In this document: one piece after another, positions 18,952 through 28,895 of the stretch
Layout of the letters: each line of letters opens with the position of its first letter
Numbering within the stretch: the stretch's first letter is position 1
IMG/VR virus record: IMGVR_UViG_3300036406_001455
Reading direction: 5' to 3' (one strand)
Source of the DNA: an uncultured virus (IMG/VR IMGVR_UViG_3300036406_001455)
Taxonomy: Duplodnaviria; Heunggongvirae; Uroviricota; Caudoviricetes
DNA: 60,520 nucleotides
Program-made: the position numbers and the translations under genes
The notes under the pieces: model-generated
The model's database searches: none
What the model saw: only the letters and a program-made list of their open reading frames with translations
What the model was told of the DNA's origin: nothing

Positions 18952-21306
18952 GCCCCCGACTACGGCGAGCGCTGCGCCCTGTCGTTCTGACCGAGCGCAA
19001 GCTGCTCCGCATTCTCCTCCGCCTGGCGCACGCCGGGGTGCACCCCCGCGTCGACCGCAACGGCCGACCGTGGCCCTATACCTTCGCAGGCGTCGTCGGC
19101 AACGCGTTGGAGCGCCACGCAGCCCAGCGAAAGGTTGGCGGGTGGCGGCACCTGCCTTTGCACGTGGGCAAGAAGCGGAACGACATCTCGTACCTGCGCA
19201 GGTTTCGAGGCACCCCGTGAGCCTCCCATCCCTTCGCGTCCCCGTGCCCTACACGGCACCTTTGCAACCCGCGCCCGACGCGCCGATACAAGAGCACATC
19301 GAGTACGACAATGCGTGCTTCACGCTACGTCAAGCCATCGAAGTGGCCATGTACCGGCGGCTGAACCAACAACGCGGCACCCGAGCAACGGCGGCACATG
19401 TGCCGGGGCTTGGCGTGGCGGTCTTCTACGAAGCCGCTGGCTGTTGGCGTGTGGCGTGGCACGATCACGTCGATGTGGTTATGGTACCCGAGCAACCATG
19501 AACCCCGACTGGCGCAACACCCCGTGGTCCGACGTGTTGGCGCTGCACCGCGGCTCCGTAGTGGCGTCTGTGTACAAGCAGGGCGACACCTGGCGGTCCA
19601 CGGTGACGCCCACGAAGCATCGCAATCGTCAAGAAGCCATGCGCGAAACCGAACGCGCCATCGGTGTAGCGTGACCGAAGTTGATGCTGAAGCGCTGGGG
19701 CGTCGCTGGCTCACGGCTAGCGGCGGCTGGCACGCGGGCATGGAAGTTGTGCACGCCTCCGGCTACCGCCACCGTTTGCTGTCGTCTACGCACACGTACA
19801 AGGGCTGGTGGCCTGATCTACGCGACGCCGCCACCCGGGGCGCAGCCCTCGAAGTTGTGAGGCAGCGCTGGGGCAACCCGCTTGTATGGGTTGAGTGGGA
19901 GGCAAGCACCGCCATGTGGGGCGAAGGCACCTACCAGCTCTCCTGGGCGTGCGTGAATGGCGAACCTATCCCCCCCGACATCACGGGGGACTCCGAAGCC
20001 GCGGTGCTGGTAGCAGCGCTTGAAGCGGCGCCACAAACTCCTGTTCAGCCCGAGGCACCATGAAGCGCACCTTTCGTATCGCACTCGCTGTAGCTCGTGA
20101 CAGTGACGACTGGAGCGCTCAGGGGTGGCGTGCAGGCCCCAAGGATGCAACCGACAGCGATCTGCTGGCGTCGTGCCTCGAATGCGTTGATTCCAGCAGC
20201 GTTCTGGAGTACATCGTGGAGGTCACGGTGGACGTGCCGGAGGTTCCCACGGTCCAGGGCGTCGTGGTTCAGCCGTGAGCGCCAGCCGTCCTGTTGCCCC
20301 GAACATAGTGCCAGGCCAGCGCGTGCTGTTCTACGACAGCGATGCGAAGCGCGTTCGTATCTTGACTGTCCGGGCGATCGGCGGGGCTGACTCGACCTAT
20401 CCCGGTGAAGTACGTGTCGATGACGGCGCCACTGATAATCCAGATTTGCATGTCAACGGCTACACCTTTGCCGCCATCGTGAGCGCTACCAAGCTGACGG
20501 TTGTTCCATGAAAGACGCATACGAAGGCCAGCGGCGTCAAGATGCGGCCGGAACGGTCTGGACGGCTGTTCGCGTGGATCGGTTCAGCACCGGCTACGTG
20601 GCCCATGTGCGTGCACGCAAAGGCATCGACAACCATCCGTTCCTGCACTTTGACGAGACTGAGTTTTGGCCTCACGAGTGGTTCGCCATGCCTCTTGTGG
20701 CCGATACCGAAGTTTCGCAATGATCCTAACGCCCGCGGAACGCGCCGCGTCGCTCGCGCAGTCCATCGAGGCGCACTACAAGACTGGCGACCTACCTGGG
20801 CTGGCGCGCATGATCGAGTTGACGATACAGGCCGCGGTCGACGACCATAGGTGGCACCTACCGATAGGCTCCGTGAGCCTGGCGCTCTGCCCCGCAACGC
20901 AGCGTACCTGCCCTTTCCCTCAACTTTGCGATGGCGTGTGCAAGCTGCGTTGCGGTCACACGCGAACGATGCTCGCGGTCGTGGGGAACACCCCGAACGC
21001 CCGCGCCCGCGCCCAAACGCAATGCGTAGACTGTGGAGCGGTGATCCCATGACTCTGGAAGATGCGCAAGAGTTCCTGAACATTCAGGCGCTGGAGGTCG
21101 AATCCCCTATCGACGCCTACGAGCTGGAGGCCGAGCGCTTCTACAAGGCCACCGGACTGATGGCACCAGGAAAGTCGGCGCCACCGGGGTTCTACACCTT
21201 GGCCGACGACGCGCGCCGCTCGGCTACGTGGCTGGCGTGGCTTCAGTCGCGCGTGGCCCTTCGGACCGTGGCCATCCGCGTCGTGCTTGCGGCGCTGCGT
21301 ACATAA
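18948..21306 (+). other. Run of nine small translationally coupled hypothetical genes (18948-19220, 19217-19501, 19498-19674, 19671-20063, 20060-20278, 20275-20511, 20508-20723, 20720-21052, 21049-21306)
   Basis: Each start overlaps the previous stop by 4 bp (ATGA/GTGA); typical phage accessory cluster. Confidence 0.65.
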
Positions 21307-21346
21307 ACTCCGTGCCGTGGCGCCAATGCCGGGTTATGTGAAAGGT

Positions 21347-21613
21347 ATGCACCGACCGTTCACATTGACCTTGATGCCCGACGGCACCCATCTGAGCGAT
21401 CACACAACGGCGTCGCAGGCGCACCGTGCGGGGCGCGACTACTGCGACACCGAGCTGTTCTCGGACCGCGTCAAGCAGTTCGTTCGCATCCAAGGACCAA
21501 GCACCACGGAGCATTGGCGAAAGCGCGCCGTGCCCTACACCGACGGCGGCGGGTTCTTCCTGCGCTACGTCAAGTGCGACGCCAGCGGTGGCGCAGACAA
21601 CGGCGCCCCATGA
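21347..21613 (+). CDS. Hypothetical protein
   Basis: Start placed after the GCCGGGTTA motif (21328-21336). Confidence 0.5.
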   Translation: MHRPFTLTLMPDGTHLSDHTTASQAHRAGRDYCDTELFSDRVKQFVRIQGPSTTEHWRKRAVPYTDGGGFFLRYVKCDASGGADNGAP

Positions 21614-21786
21614 GTCGCTTGTGGCAGTGGCTGGTGGTGCGCTGGGATGCGCTCTTGCACCGGCGGTACGCTCGGTGCATCGGGTGCGGCGCCATGGCCG
21701 AGGAGCTGCGAGGCGAGTGCGTGCTGTACGGCGTCATGCACTCCGAAACGTCCGTTGACCGTTACGGTCGATTGAAGGAGCAATGA
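21610..21786 (+). CDS. Small hypothetical protein
   Basis: ATGA-coupled, CxxC. Confidence 0.45.
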   Translation: MSRLWQWLVVRWDALLHRRYARCIGCGAMAEELRGECVLYGVMHSETSVDRYGRLKEQ

Positions 21787-22169
21787 TGGCAAACGAATCG
21801 CAGAGCAATGAGCCGCCGGAGAACGCGCAGCTCGCCGAAGCCCTCGACGCGCCTGCCGCCCCTGTGCCTCGACCAGAGCGCACGGTGCGGTTGGAGAACT
21901 GGAGCCTGCACCTTCGGGCGCCGCGAGGCCCCTACTCCGACCCCGCACTCTGCAAGCCCTACTTGGTTGGTGATGTGTTCGGGTACCCGAACCGCGCCGA
22001 CGGGCACCACATCTCCACGGGTTCAATCTACGGGGTGGATGGCAACGTAGCGTGGGGGCGACGCACCACGTATGTCCTCGGGACTCCCAGCCCGGGATAC
22101 GTGGCGTGGTGCGCGGAACATGGGCACGTTTTCGACCCCGCCAACCCGATACGGTTCCGTCACTCGTAG
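21783..22169 (+). CDS. Conserved hypothetical phage protein
   Basis: LENWS...LVGDVFGYP..ADGHHISTG...TTYVLG. Confidence 0.7.
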   Translation: MMANESQSNEPPENAQLAEALDAPAAPVPRPERTVRLENWSLHLRAPRGPYSDPALCKPYLVGDVFGYPNRADGHHISTGSIYGVDGNVAWGRRTTYVLGTPSPGYVAWCAEHGHVFDPANPIRFRHS

Positions 22170-22537
22170 AGCGGCGCTTCGGCCACAGCGCGAACGCTGA
22201 GGGCTCCCAGAAGTACGGTGGCCACACCCACACCCGCTCCAATGGTGACGCCCTGCCACGTCACCGTAGGCGGCTTATGCGCGGTCAGGCGGGCCTGGTA
22301 CCACGTCTCGCGCTCGGCCCAGGTGCTGCGGTCGATGGCGTACAGCTTCGCGGTGCCGTCGCCCCACTCCACCATCTCGCCGTACCAGCGGTAGCGCGCC
22401 GCTGAGAGGTAGACACCATCACAGGGAGGCGCGAACGACACCGCCAAGCGCAACGCACGCACGGCGCACGGACTGTCGGCCACGGTGTCAAGGGTCGGCC
22501 GGTCCAGCGCGTAGGTCAGTGCAACAAGGGCAAGCAT
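22160..22537 (-). CDS. Putative membrane protein (N-terminal signal, C-terminal TM)
   Basis: MLALVALTYA...; WQGVTIGAGVGVATVLLGAL. Confidence 0.55.
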   Translation of the reverse strand: MLALVALTYALDRPTLDTVADSPCAVRALRLAVSFAPPCDGVYLSAARYRWYGEMVEWGDGTAKLYAIDRSTWAERETWYQARLTAHKPPTVTWQGVTIGAGVGVATVLLGALSVRAVAEAPLYE

Positions 22538-22598
22538 GCACGGAGCGTAAGCGCCGCGCAGAAACCCGCAAGATTTTCGTGTTCTGCCGCGGGGCTTC

Positions 22599-22823
22599 AT
22601 GATAGATGATCGTGCACCCGGCCTCTCGATGCTGCTCCTTCTCTCCCTCGCCTGCACCCTCTGCCCCTGCGCCGCCAACGCCGCACTCCGCGCCGAACGT
22701 GAGGCATTACAGACGCAAGTGCGACAGCTACAGGAGTCCGTGACGGCGCTTGAACTTGAAGCCGAACGCGTGCTGCATACCCCGCCATGCGGTGGGCACC
22801 GTGGTCATCGCGCGCAGCACTAA
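22599..22823 (+). CDS. Possible small lipoprotein with coiled coil
   Basis: MLLLLSLAC then heptad pattern; strand opposite to neighbours. Confidence 0.35.
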   Translation: MIDDRAPGLSMLLLLSLACTLCPCAANAALRAEREALQTQVRQLQESVTALELEAERVLHTPPCGGHRGHRAQH

Positions 22824-23116
22824 GACTGGTCCTTCAGTCGGTCGACAAGGACATCCACGTCTTCGATCGCTTCGATCTCTTCGATGCGGCGTTCCGCATC
22901 CGCCACCACGATGTCGCGCGCGGTGGTGTTCGTCGGCGCTGGCATAGGGGGCTCCACAGACATGGCAGCCGTGTCTCGGCGCAGCCACGCCAAGTAGGCG
23001 CTGCCCAGCGCCGCAACGCCGCTCAGCACGCCAGCAACACCTTTCCACCCCAGCTTCCAGTAGGCCAGGCCGCTGACAGCTACGACTACAATCACGATAC
23101 CGAAAGTCATGCCCAT
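22820..23116 (-). CDS. Membrane protein (two TM segments; holin/spanin-like unproven)
   Basis: Two hydrophobic N-terminal helices, GGAGG SD. Confidence 0.6.
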   Translation of the reverse strand: MGMTFGIVIVVVAVSGLAYWKLGWKGVAGVLSGVAALGSAYLAWLRRDTAAMSVEPPMPAPTNTTARDIVVADAERRIEEIEAIEDVDVLVDRLKDQS

Positions 23117-23196
23117 GTCCTGATGTATCCTCCACGCCGACGCGCAACAACCGTGTACTCCTTGCGCTTTGCGATCAAACGCTATAGCCGAGTTAC

Positions 23197-23766
23197 ATGA
23201 ACGAGCGCACCGGAGACTGGATATGCACGCAGAGCGGGGTCGCGTTCTACCCGCTGGACCCGCGGATTGAAGACGTGCGCCTCGACGACATCGCCCATGC
23301 GCTGGCGAACAAGTGCCGATTCACGGGGCACACCCGGGTGTTCTACTCCGTCGCCGAGCACTGCGTTCGTGGCGTGCGAATAGGTCAGCGCCTCGGCTAC
23401 TCTGACAACGTGCTGCGCGCGTTCCTGCTGCATGACGGCAGCGAAGCGTACCTGCCCGACGTAGCACGGCCGATCAAAGCATCGCTTACGGGCTTCATGG
23501 AGATTGAGGCTCGCGTGCAGGCCGCGGTGTATGCCGCGTTTGGTATTGAGGTATCCGAGGCAGAAGTGGAGCTGGTGCGCAAGCTCGACGACATCATGTT
23601 GGCAACCGAGCGCCGAGACCTGATGCCGCCAATCACGTCCTCCTGGGTACTGGCAGAAGCGCCAAGCGCCCACGAAGATGTGCGGGATCCGTGGGATGCG
23701 GATGTCACCAAACGCGTGTTCCTCGGCGTGTCCGGGCTCCTCGGCATAACGGCCAAAACGCCGTAG
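23197..23766 (+). CDS. HD-domain phosphohydrolase (YfbR-like 5'-deoxynucleotidase)
   Basis: DIAHALA..CRFTGH, YSVAEH, LLHDGSEAY, PIK, D..MLATERRDL. Confidence 0.9.
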   Translation: MNERTGDWICTQSGVAFYPLDPRIEDVRLDDIAHALANKCRFTGHTRVFYSVAEHCVRGVRIGQRLGYSDNVLRAFLLHDGSEAYLPDVARPIKASLTGFMEIEARVQAAVYAAFGIEVSEAEVELVRKLDDIMLATERRDLMPPITSSWVLAEAPSAHEDVRDPWDADVTKRVFLGVSGLLGITAKTP

Positions 23767-23797
23767 CCAATCCGCGGTTGCCGGGTTACACGCCCGC

Positions 23798-24280
23798 ATG
23801 ATTCCAATGCCGTTGGCGCTTTTGCGGTACTACCCAGAGCACGCCCCCGTGGTCAGCGGGCGCCCGTGGTGGACGGAGACTCGCGGGCCGGTGCAGCGCA
23901 GCGACGGCCTGCAGTTGCTGCGCTCGAACGACGGTAGGGGCTGGCTCTTGCCTTTGCCCACGGCGGACTCGACGCCCACGCACACCACCAGCATCGACTA
24001 CGCGACCGCGTCATGGGATCGGCACAAGCCCATACCCTTTCCCGGGCGGCGCACGGGCCAGGTGTGGGCACGGGTGCGACCTGATGGCGTGGTGTTCACC
24101 TACCAGCTGCTCAGCGGGGACCAACGCGCAGCGATACCAGCGTGCTTCCACATCGCCACCGACGGGGACCTGGTAGTGTGGGGCGAAGACCACCTGCGTA
24201 CGGTCCTCCATGGGGCGTTCCTGTTGGCTGACCCGTGTGCCCCGCGTCTGGCCCCCTGGGCGCCTGCGGAGGGTGCATGA
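23798..24280 (+). CDS. Hypothetical protein
   Basis: 160 aa, preceded by GCCGGGTTA. Confidence 0.55.
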   Translation: MIPMPLALLRYYPEHAPVVSGRPWWTETRGPVQRSDGLQLLRSNDGRGWLLPLPTADSTPTHTTSIDYATASWDRHKPIPFPGRRTGQVWARVRPDGVVFTYQLLSGDQRAAIPACFHIATDGDLVVWGEDHLRTVLHGAFLLADPCAPRLAPWAPAEGA

Positions 24281-24666
24281 GTCACGTCCGCGTGGTTGCC
24301 GGCGTGCTCTCGGTGGGCGACCTTTACTTGGTGGGCCAGCGCAAAGGTGCCCGCCGCCACGAGGGCTGCTGGGAGTTCCCTGGCGGCAAGCTGGAGCCCG
24401 GGGAAAGCGAGACGAACGCGTTGGTACGAGAGTGGGCCGAGGAGCTGTGCTGCGTTGTCGAGCCGGTCGCGCGCTTGGCGCCCTACACGAACGACGACGA
24501 AGCCTTCACGTTGGTGCCCTACACCGTCAAGTGTGCTCGCGTTTCGCACATTGAGGCGGGTGATTCCCACACCCAGGTGGCGTGGCTGACGCTGGCAGAA
24601 ATCCGCAGGCTACCTGCGGTTACGCCCAGCATGCCTTTCATCGTCGCCCAGTTGACCGGCGTGTAA
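24277..24666 (+). CDS. Nudix hydrolase (MutT/NudG-like)
   Basis: WEFPGGKLEPGESETNALVREWAEEL Nudix box. Confidence 0.9.
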   Translation: MSHVRVVAGVLSVGDLYLVGQRKGARRHEGCWEFPGGKLEPGESETNALVREWAEELCCVVEPVARLAPYTNDDEAFTLVPYTVKCARVSHIEAGDSHTQVAWLTLAEIRRLPAVTPSMPFIVAQLTGV

Positions 24667-24739
24667 CCGATCTATTTCTTGCGTGGCCCTTGCGCATCTG
24701 GATCATCGTGCTAACAGCTAAGGATCACATGGAGTGGTC

Positions 24740-25930
24740 ATGGATGCAGAGCGTATTGAAAGTGTTTTGGCAAAGCCGGAGTCGATCATCGGGAAGCTGG
24801 CGCGTGCCGCCGCCACCTGCATGGGCGACGTGGACGACATGATCTTCGCGGAGAAGACGGGGCGCAACCGCCCTACCGTGCTCGTTCGGCTCGGCGCCGT
24901 CAAGGACGACCTGACGCCCAAGGGTGCGCCGCCCCCAGACGCGCCGGCGCTGGACGCGCCCCCGGCCGTGAAGCCGAAGGTCGAGAAGGCCGTGAAGCCG
25001 AAGGTCGAGAAGGCCGTGAAGCCGAAGGTCGAGAAGGCCGTGAAGCCGAAGGTCGAGAAGCCGAAGGTCGAGAAGCCGAAGGTCGAGAAGCCGAAGGTCG
25101 AGAAGCCGAAGGTCGAGAAGCCGAAGGTCGAGAAGCCGAAGGTCGAGAAGCCGAAGGTCGAGAAGCCGAAGAACACCGGCAGCGCCGAAGCGCCCGAACC
25201 CGCGCCCGAACCCGCGCCCGAACCCGCGCCCGAACCCGCGCCCGAACCCGCGCCCGCGCCCGAACCCGCGCCCAGCGCCGAAGCGCCCGAACCCGCGCCC
25301 AGCGCCGAAGCGCCCGAACCCGCGCCCAGCGCCGAAGCGCCCGAACCCGCGCCCAGCGCCGAAGCGCCCAGCGCCGAAGCGCCCAGCGCCGAAGCGCCCA
25401 GCGCCGAAGCGCCCAGCGCCGAAGCGCCCAGCGCCGAAGCGCCCAGCGCCGAAGCGCCCAGCGCCGAAGCGCCCAGCGCCGAAGCGCCCGTCGGGCGCGG
25501 TATGCCGGCCAAGCCTCCAGGCGCGCGACCGATGGTCGCGAAGCCCCCGGCCAAGGCCAAGACCAAGGCTCCGAAGGAAGCCAAGATCAAGGCTCCGAAG
25601 GAAGCCAAGATCAAGGCTCCGAAGGAAGCCAAGATCAAGGCTCCGAAGGCACCAAAGGAAGGCAAGCCCGAGGGCTTGCGCCGTGTGCACGCCGAAAGCT
25701 ACGTGGACTCCCTGCCTCGGCGGATCCCGGAGGTCGTCACCTGCTCGGTGCTGGCGTGCGACATCGAGGCCCGCCCCTACGAAGAGGTCAAGCAGCGGTT
25801 CGGTGTGCGCGTGTTGACCCGTCGGGGTGGCGAGGCGTTCGTGGCCCACCAGGTGCGCTGCAAGAAGCACCGCGGGCCGGCGGGCGTGGGCCTGCCCACG
25901 CGCAAAAGCCAGAAGCCGCCGGCTGAGTAA
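24740..25930 (+). CDS. Low-complexity Lys/Pro/Glu/Ala repeat protein
   Basis: GGAG SD; KPKVEKAV x3, KPKVE x8, EPAP, SAEAP x9, KAPKEAKI x3 between globular ends. Confidence 0.75.
   Translation: MDAERIESVLAKPESIIGKLARAAATCMGDVDDMIFAEKTGRNRPTVLVRLGAVKDDLTPKGAPPPDAPALDAPPAVKPKVEKAVKPKVEKAVKPKVEKAVKPKVEKPKVEKPKVEKPKVEKPKVEKPKVEKPKVEKPKVEKPKNTGSAEAPEPAPEPAPEPAPEPAPEPAPAPEPAPSAEAPEPAPSAEAPEPAPSAEAPEPAPSAEAPSAEAPSAEAPSAEAPSAEAPSAEAPSAEAPSAEAPSAEAPVGRGMPAKPPGARPMVAKPPAKAKTKAPKEAKIKAPKEAKIKAPKEAKIKAPKAPKEGKPEGLRRVHAESYVDSLPRRIPEVVTCSVLACDIEARPYEEVKQRFGVRVLTRRGGEAFVAHQVRCKKHRGPAGVGLPTRKSQKPPAE
24964..25650. repeat. Perfect in-frame tandem repeats of 24, 15 and 12 bp units
   Basis: e.g. AAGCCGAAGGTCGAG x8 (about 25043-25162), AGCGCCGAAGCGCCC x9 (about 25355-25489). 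Confidence 0.95.
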
Positions 25931-26002
25931 GGCAAGCGCAGCAGTTTAGGGGCATGGTGCATCGGCGCCATGCCCTTTTGCTTTTAGTCCCCGCTTAGTA
26001 GC

Positions 26003-26320
26003 CTAAACTTCTGGCTTCTTTCGATGCCGCCGAGGCGGGTTTTCGGCGCGCTTCTTTGCTTCTTCGGCGTCCACTTCTTCGATCTCCCTCAACAGGTGTA
26101 GCAGCCACAGGTGGATGGCTTGGCGCGCGCCGTCGGACGCCGTGATGTTCAACGCTTTCACGGCCTTGTCAAAGGCGACTGCTTCAGCAGGGGCCATTGA
26201 GAAGTACAGCCGCGCCCATCGAACTTTGAGATTTTTCTTGTGCATCATGACCGCGCGAGAGAACGCGATTTGGCCATTGTCACAATACTGCCGCTTAGCG
26301 CGTGGTCTTGCAGGAGGCAT
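26003..26320 (-). CDS. Small basic protein, possible ribbon-helix-helix regulator
   Basis: Strand-helix-helix pattern (RLYFSM..AEAVAFDKAVKALNITASDGARQAI); divergent from the 850-aa gene. Confidence 0.5.
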   Translation of the reverse strand: MPPARPRAKRQYCDNGQIAFSRAVMMHKKNLKVRWARLYFSMAPAEAVAFDKAVKALNITASDGARQAIHLWLLHLLREIEEVDAEEAKKRAENPPRRHRKKPEV

Positions 26321-26342
26321 GCTGGGTACTTAGCTCAGGACC

Positions 26343-28895
26343 ATGGCAAAAGCAACGAATCACGGGAAGCACGCGGTCCCCGAAGACCTGCCCGAGAATG
26401 ACGACGACGTGCTCGGTGTGCGCGCAGGCGCGATGGCCGATGGCATGGACGACGAGGAAGACGAGGAGCAGGAGGACGACGACCAGGAGAGCGACGCGCC
26501 CGAAGATGAGGAGGAGTCCTACCCCGCCCCGGATGAATCTGGTCCTGCCGGCGGCGACGACTTCTTCGCGCAGCGCCTGGGGCGAAACCCCTTCGGCGAC
26601 CCCCACCCGGAAGATCCGCGCATCGCCAAAGACCTGTCCACGACGCCCATGGCGGTGTGCGAGATCAAAGGCGCGGCTGTCTGGTTCGTCGAGAAGAAGA
26701 ACGAATACTCCGGGCTGCGGGAGCCGCTGGGCAAGGCCCCGCTTTCGATCACGCTCCCGACGTTCATCCGCCGGTTCCTACCTTCCATGCCCAAGCGCGG
26801 CGAGGAGACGGTGGAGTTCTGCCTGACGGCGCAGGATGCCGCAGGGCGGTTTGTTGGCAAGCGCCCCTACGCGATGTACCCAATCCCCTGGGACAACAAC
26901 ACGCTGCGCACGATCCGCGGCGACGACATCGCGGAGCAGAGCGCCGGTGGTTCACTCAGCATGGACAACCCACTGGTCCGTATCCTTACGAGCAACATCG
27001 AGAACGAGCGCATGGAGCGCCGAGCCGAACGCCAACGGGCCGAAGCCAGCCAGCTGGCGGCGGAGCGCGCACGCGCCGAGGCTATCGACCTGAAGATCAG
27101 CCACGCCACCGCCATGCAGGGGGATCTCGTGACAGCCTACGGCGGCGTCCAGAAGTCGCAGCAGGACTCCTTCGCCGGGCTCCTCAGCATGCAGCAGCAG
27201 ATGAGCAAGGAGGAACGAGAACGCCAATCAGATCGCGAACGCCGCGAACAGGAGGAGGCACGGATGCGCATGGAGCTGGACAGGGACGCCAAGAAGCTGG
27301 AGCTGGAAGCGCGCATCAAGGAGGCTGAGCTGAAGGCGCAGGTCGAGGCCGAGCGCATCAAGGCTGAGGTGGAGCGCTCCCGCGAGGACAAGGCCCGCGA
27401 GGAGAAGCGCCGCGAGGAGGAGCGCGAACAGCGTCGTCTGGACGAACGCGCCGCCGATGAACGCCGTCGGGAGGAGCGGGACAAGGAGGAGCGCCGACGG
27501 GCCGACGAGGTGCGCGTGATGGAGGAGCGGAAGAAGGAGGAGCGCGAGGAGCAGCGCCGCTACGAGGATCGGGTACGCGAGGACCAGCGCAAGCACGAGG
27601 CGCAGCTGCGCGAGGACCAGTCAAAGGCCGAGGAGCGTGCGCGCGAAGAGCAACGCCGCTCCGAGGAACGCGCACGCGAGGAGCGCGAGAAGGAGCGCGA
27701 GGAACGTCGCCGCGCGGACGAAGTCGCGCGCGAGCTGCGGGAACGCGAGTGGAAGGAGCGCCTTGCTGCGGAGGAGAAGGCCCGAGAGGATCGGCGCCGG
27801 GAGGACGAGCGCATCCGGGAGGAGCGGCGCACCGCGGAGGAGCGAGCGCGCGAGGAGCGTAAGCGCGAGGACGACATGCGCATGCGTGAGCGGGACCGCG
27901 AGAAGGAAGAGCGCCGCATGGAAATCGAACGCCAGGAGAAGGCGGCTGCGGCGGAGCGGGAGAGGGACCGCGACTTCCGGGCGTCCATGGAGAAGATTCG
28001 CGAGGAGGCGCTGAACCGGCAGCAGGCATTGTTGAAGGAAGACGCCGAGCGCCAGCGTGAGCACACCAAGATGATGCTGAGCTTGGTCGAAAGCCGCAAC
28101 GGCGGCGGGGGGTCAGGCAACAAGCTCGGGGTCATCGGCGAAGTGCTGGACACCCTGGGCATGACGCCCGGCGACCTGATGGAGAAGGCCAAAGAGTTCC
28201 TGAGCGGCGACGCCAAGAGCATCGGCGTAACCGTGGTGGAACAGATCGGAACCATCGCCGCCAAGGTGCTGGAAATGAGCAGCAAGGCCGGCGAGGAGGT
28301 TGAAGAAGAAGAGGAGGAGGGCGAGGAGGAAGACGACGCCGCCGACAACGACGCAGCGGACGCTGAGGCGGATGCCGAAGACGCCGAGGACCGGGAGCGT
28401 GTACGTCAGGCGCGTATCAAGCGTCGCCAGGCCGCTGCTGAAGCCGCCAAAGCCGCCAAGGCCGCTGAGGTTGCCAAAGCTGCCGACGTGGCCAAAAAGA
28501 AGGAACAGAAGCGACTCGCCGAAAAGCTGGACCCGAACATCCTGGGCGCCGGCAACGTCACGGAGGCGGAAGCCGAGCTGGTCCCTGTCTCGGGAGACAG
28601 CGAGTCGGTGGAAGCGGCAATCGTTCTCACAACCGCTCCGGCCCAGGTGATCGACCTTCAAGAGCTGCGCGTCGCGCGCAGCACGGTCGAAATGCTCGTG
28701 GAGAAGGTGGCCGGCGCCGCACCTGAGCGGTGGCCCGGCCTCGTGATGGAGGTGCCGGACCCCGGCCCATTCATCAACTACGTGCGCCGCGTGGGTGCTG
28801 ATGAAGCGTTCGCGGACCACGATGTGAACCTCGACGCGTTGTGCCTCGCACTGGCGCCGCTGTTCGGCGGCGAGACGCCGAGGAAGGGGCTGTGA
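26343..28895 (+). CDS. 850-aa protein with long Glu/Arg-rich coiled coil and acidic tracts
   Basis: AGGA SD; about 300 aa of E/R/K-rich helix flanked by globular domains. Confidence 0.85.
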   Translation: MAKATNHGKHAVPEDLPENDDDVLGVRAGAMADGMDDEEDEEQEDDDQESDAPEDEEESYPAPDESGPAGGDDFFAQRLGRNPFGDPHPEDPRIAKDLSTTPMAVCEIKGAAVWFVEKKNEYSGLREPLGKAPLSITLPTFIRRFLPSMPKRGEETVEFCLTAQDAAGRFVGKRPYAMYPIPWDNNTLRTIRGDDIAEQSAGGSLSMDNPLVRILTSNIENERMERRAERQRAEASQLAAERARAEAIDLKISHATAMQGDLVTAYGGVQKSQQDSFAGLLSMQQQMSKEERERQSDRERREQEEARMRMELDRDAKKLELEARIKEAELKAQVEAERIKAEVERSREDKAREEKRREEEREQRRLDERAADERRREERDKEERRRADEVRVMEERKKEEREEQRRYEDRVREDQRKHEAQLREDQSKAEERAREEQRRSEERAREEREKEREERRRADEVARELREREWKERLAAEEKAREDRRREDERIREERRTAEERAREERKREDDMRMRERDREKEERRMEIERQEKAAAAERERDRDFRASMEKIREEALNRQQALLKEDAERQREHTKMMLSLVESRNGGGGSGNKLGVIGEVLDTLGMTPGDLMEKAKEFLSGDAKSIGVTVVEQIGTIAAKVLEMSSKAGEEVEEEEEEGEEEDDAADNDAADAEADAEDAEDRERVRQARIKRRQAAAEAAKAAKAAEVAKAADVAKKKEQKRLAEKLDPNILGAGNVTEAEAELVPVSGDSESVEAAIVLTTAPAQVIDLQELRVARSTVEMLVEKVAGAAPERWPGLVMEVPDPGPFINYVRRVGADEAFADHDVNLDALCLALAPLFGGETPRKGL

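Noticed and set aside
23197..23766. DatZ / 2-aminoadenine (Z-genome) pathway
   Set aside because: No purZ-like gene in the window; this HD family is widespread in ordinary phages.
24718..25870. Minus-strand ORFs with FSTFG / GAGRF repeats
   Set aside because: Antisense readings of the tandem repeats in the plus-strand gene.
26343..28895. Tail tape-measure protein
   Set aside because: Highly charged rather than Ala/Gly-rich amphipathic, and no tail genes nearby.
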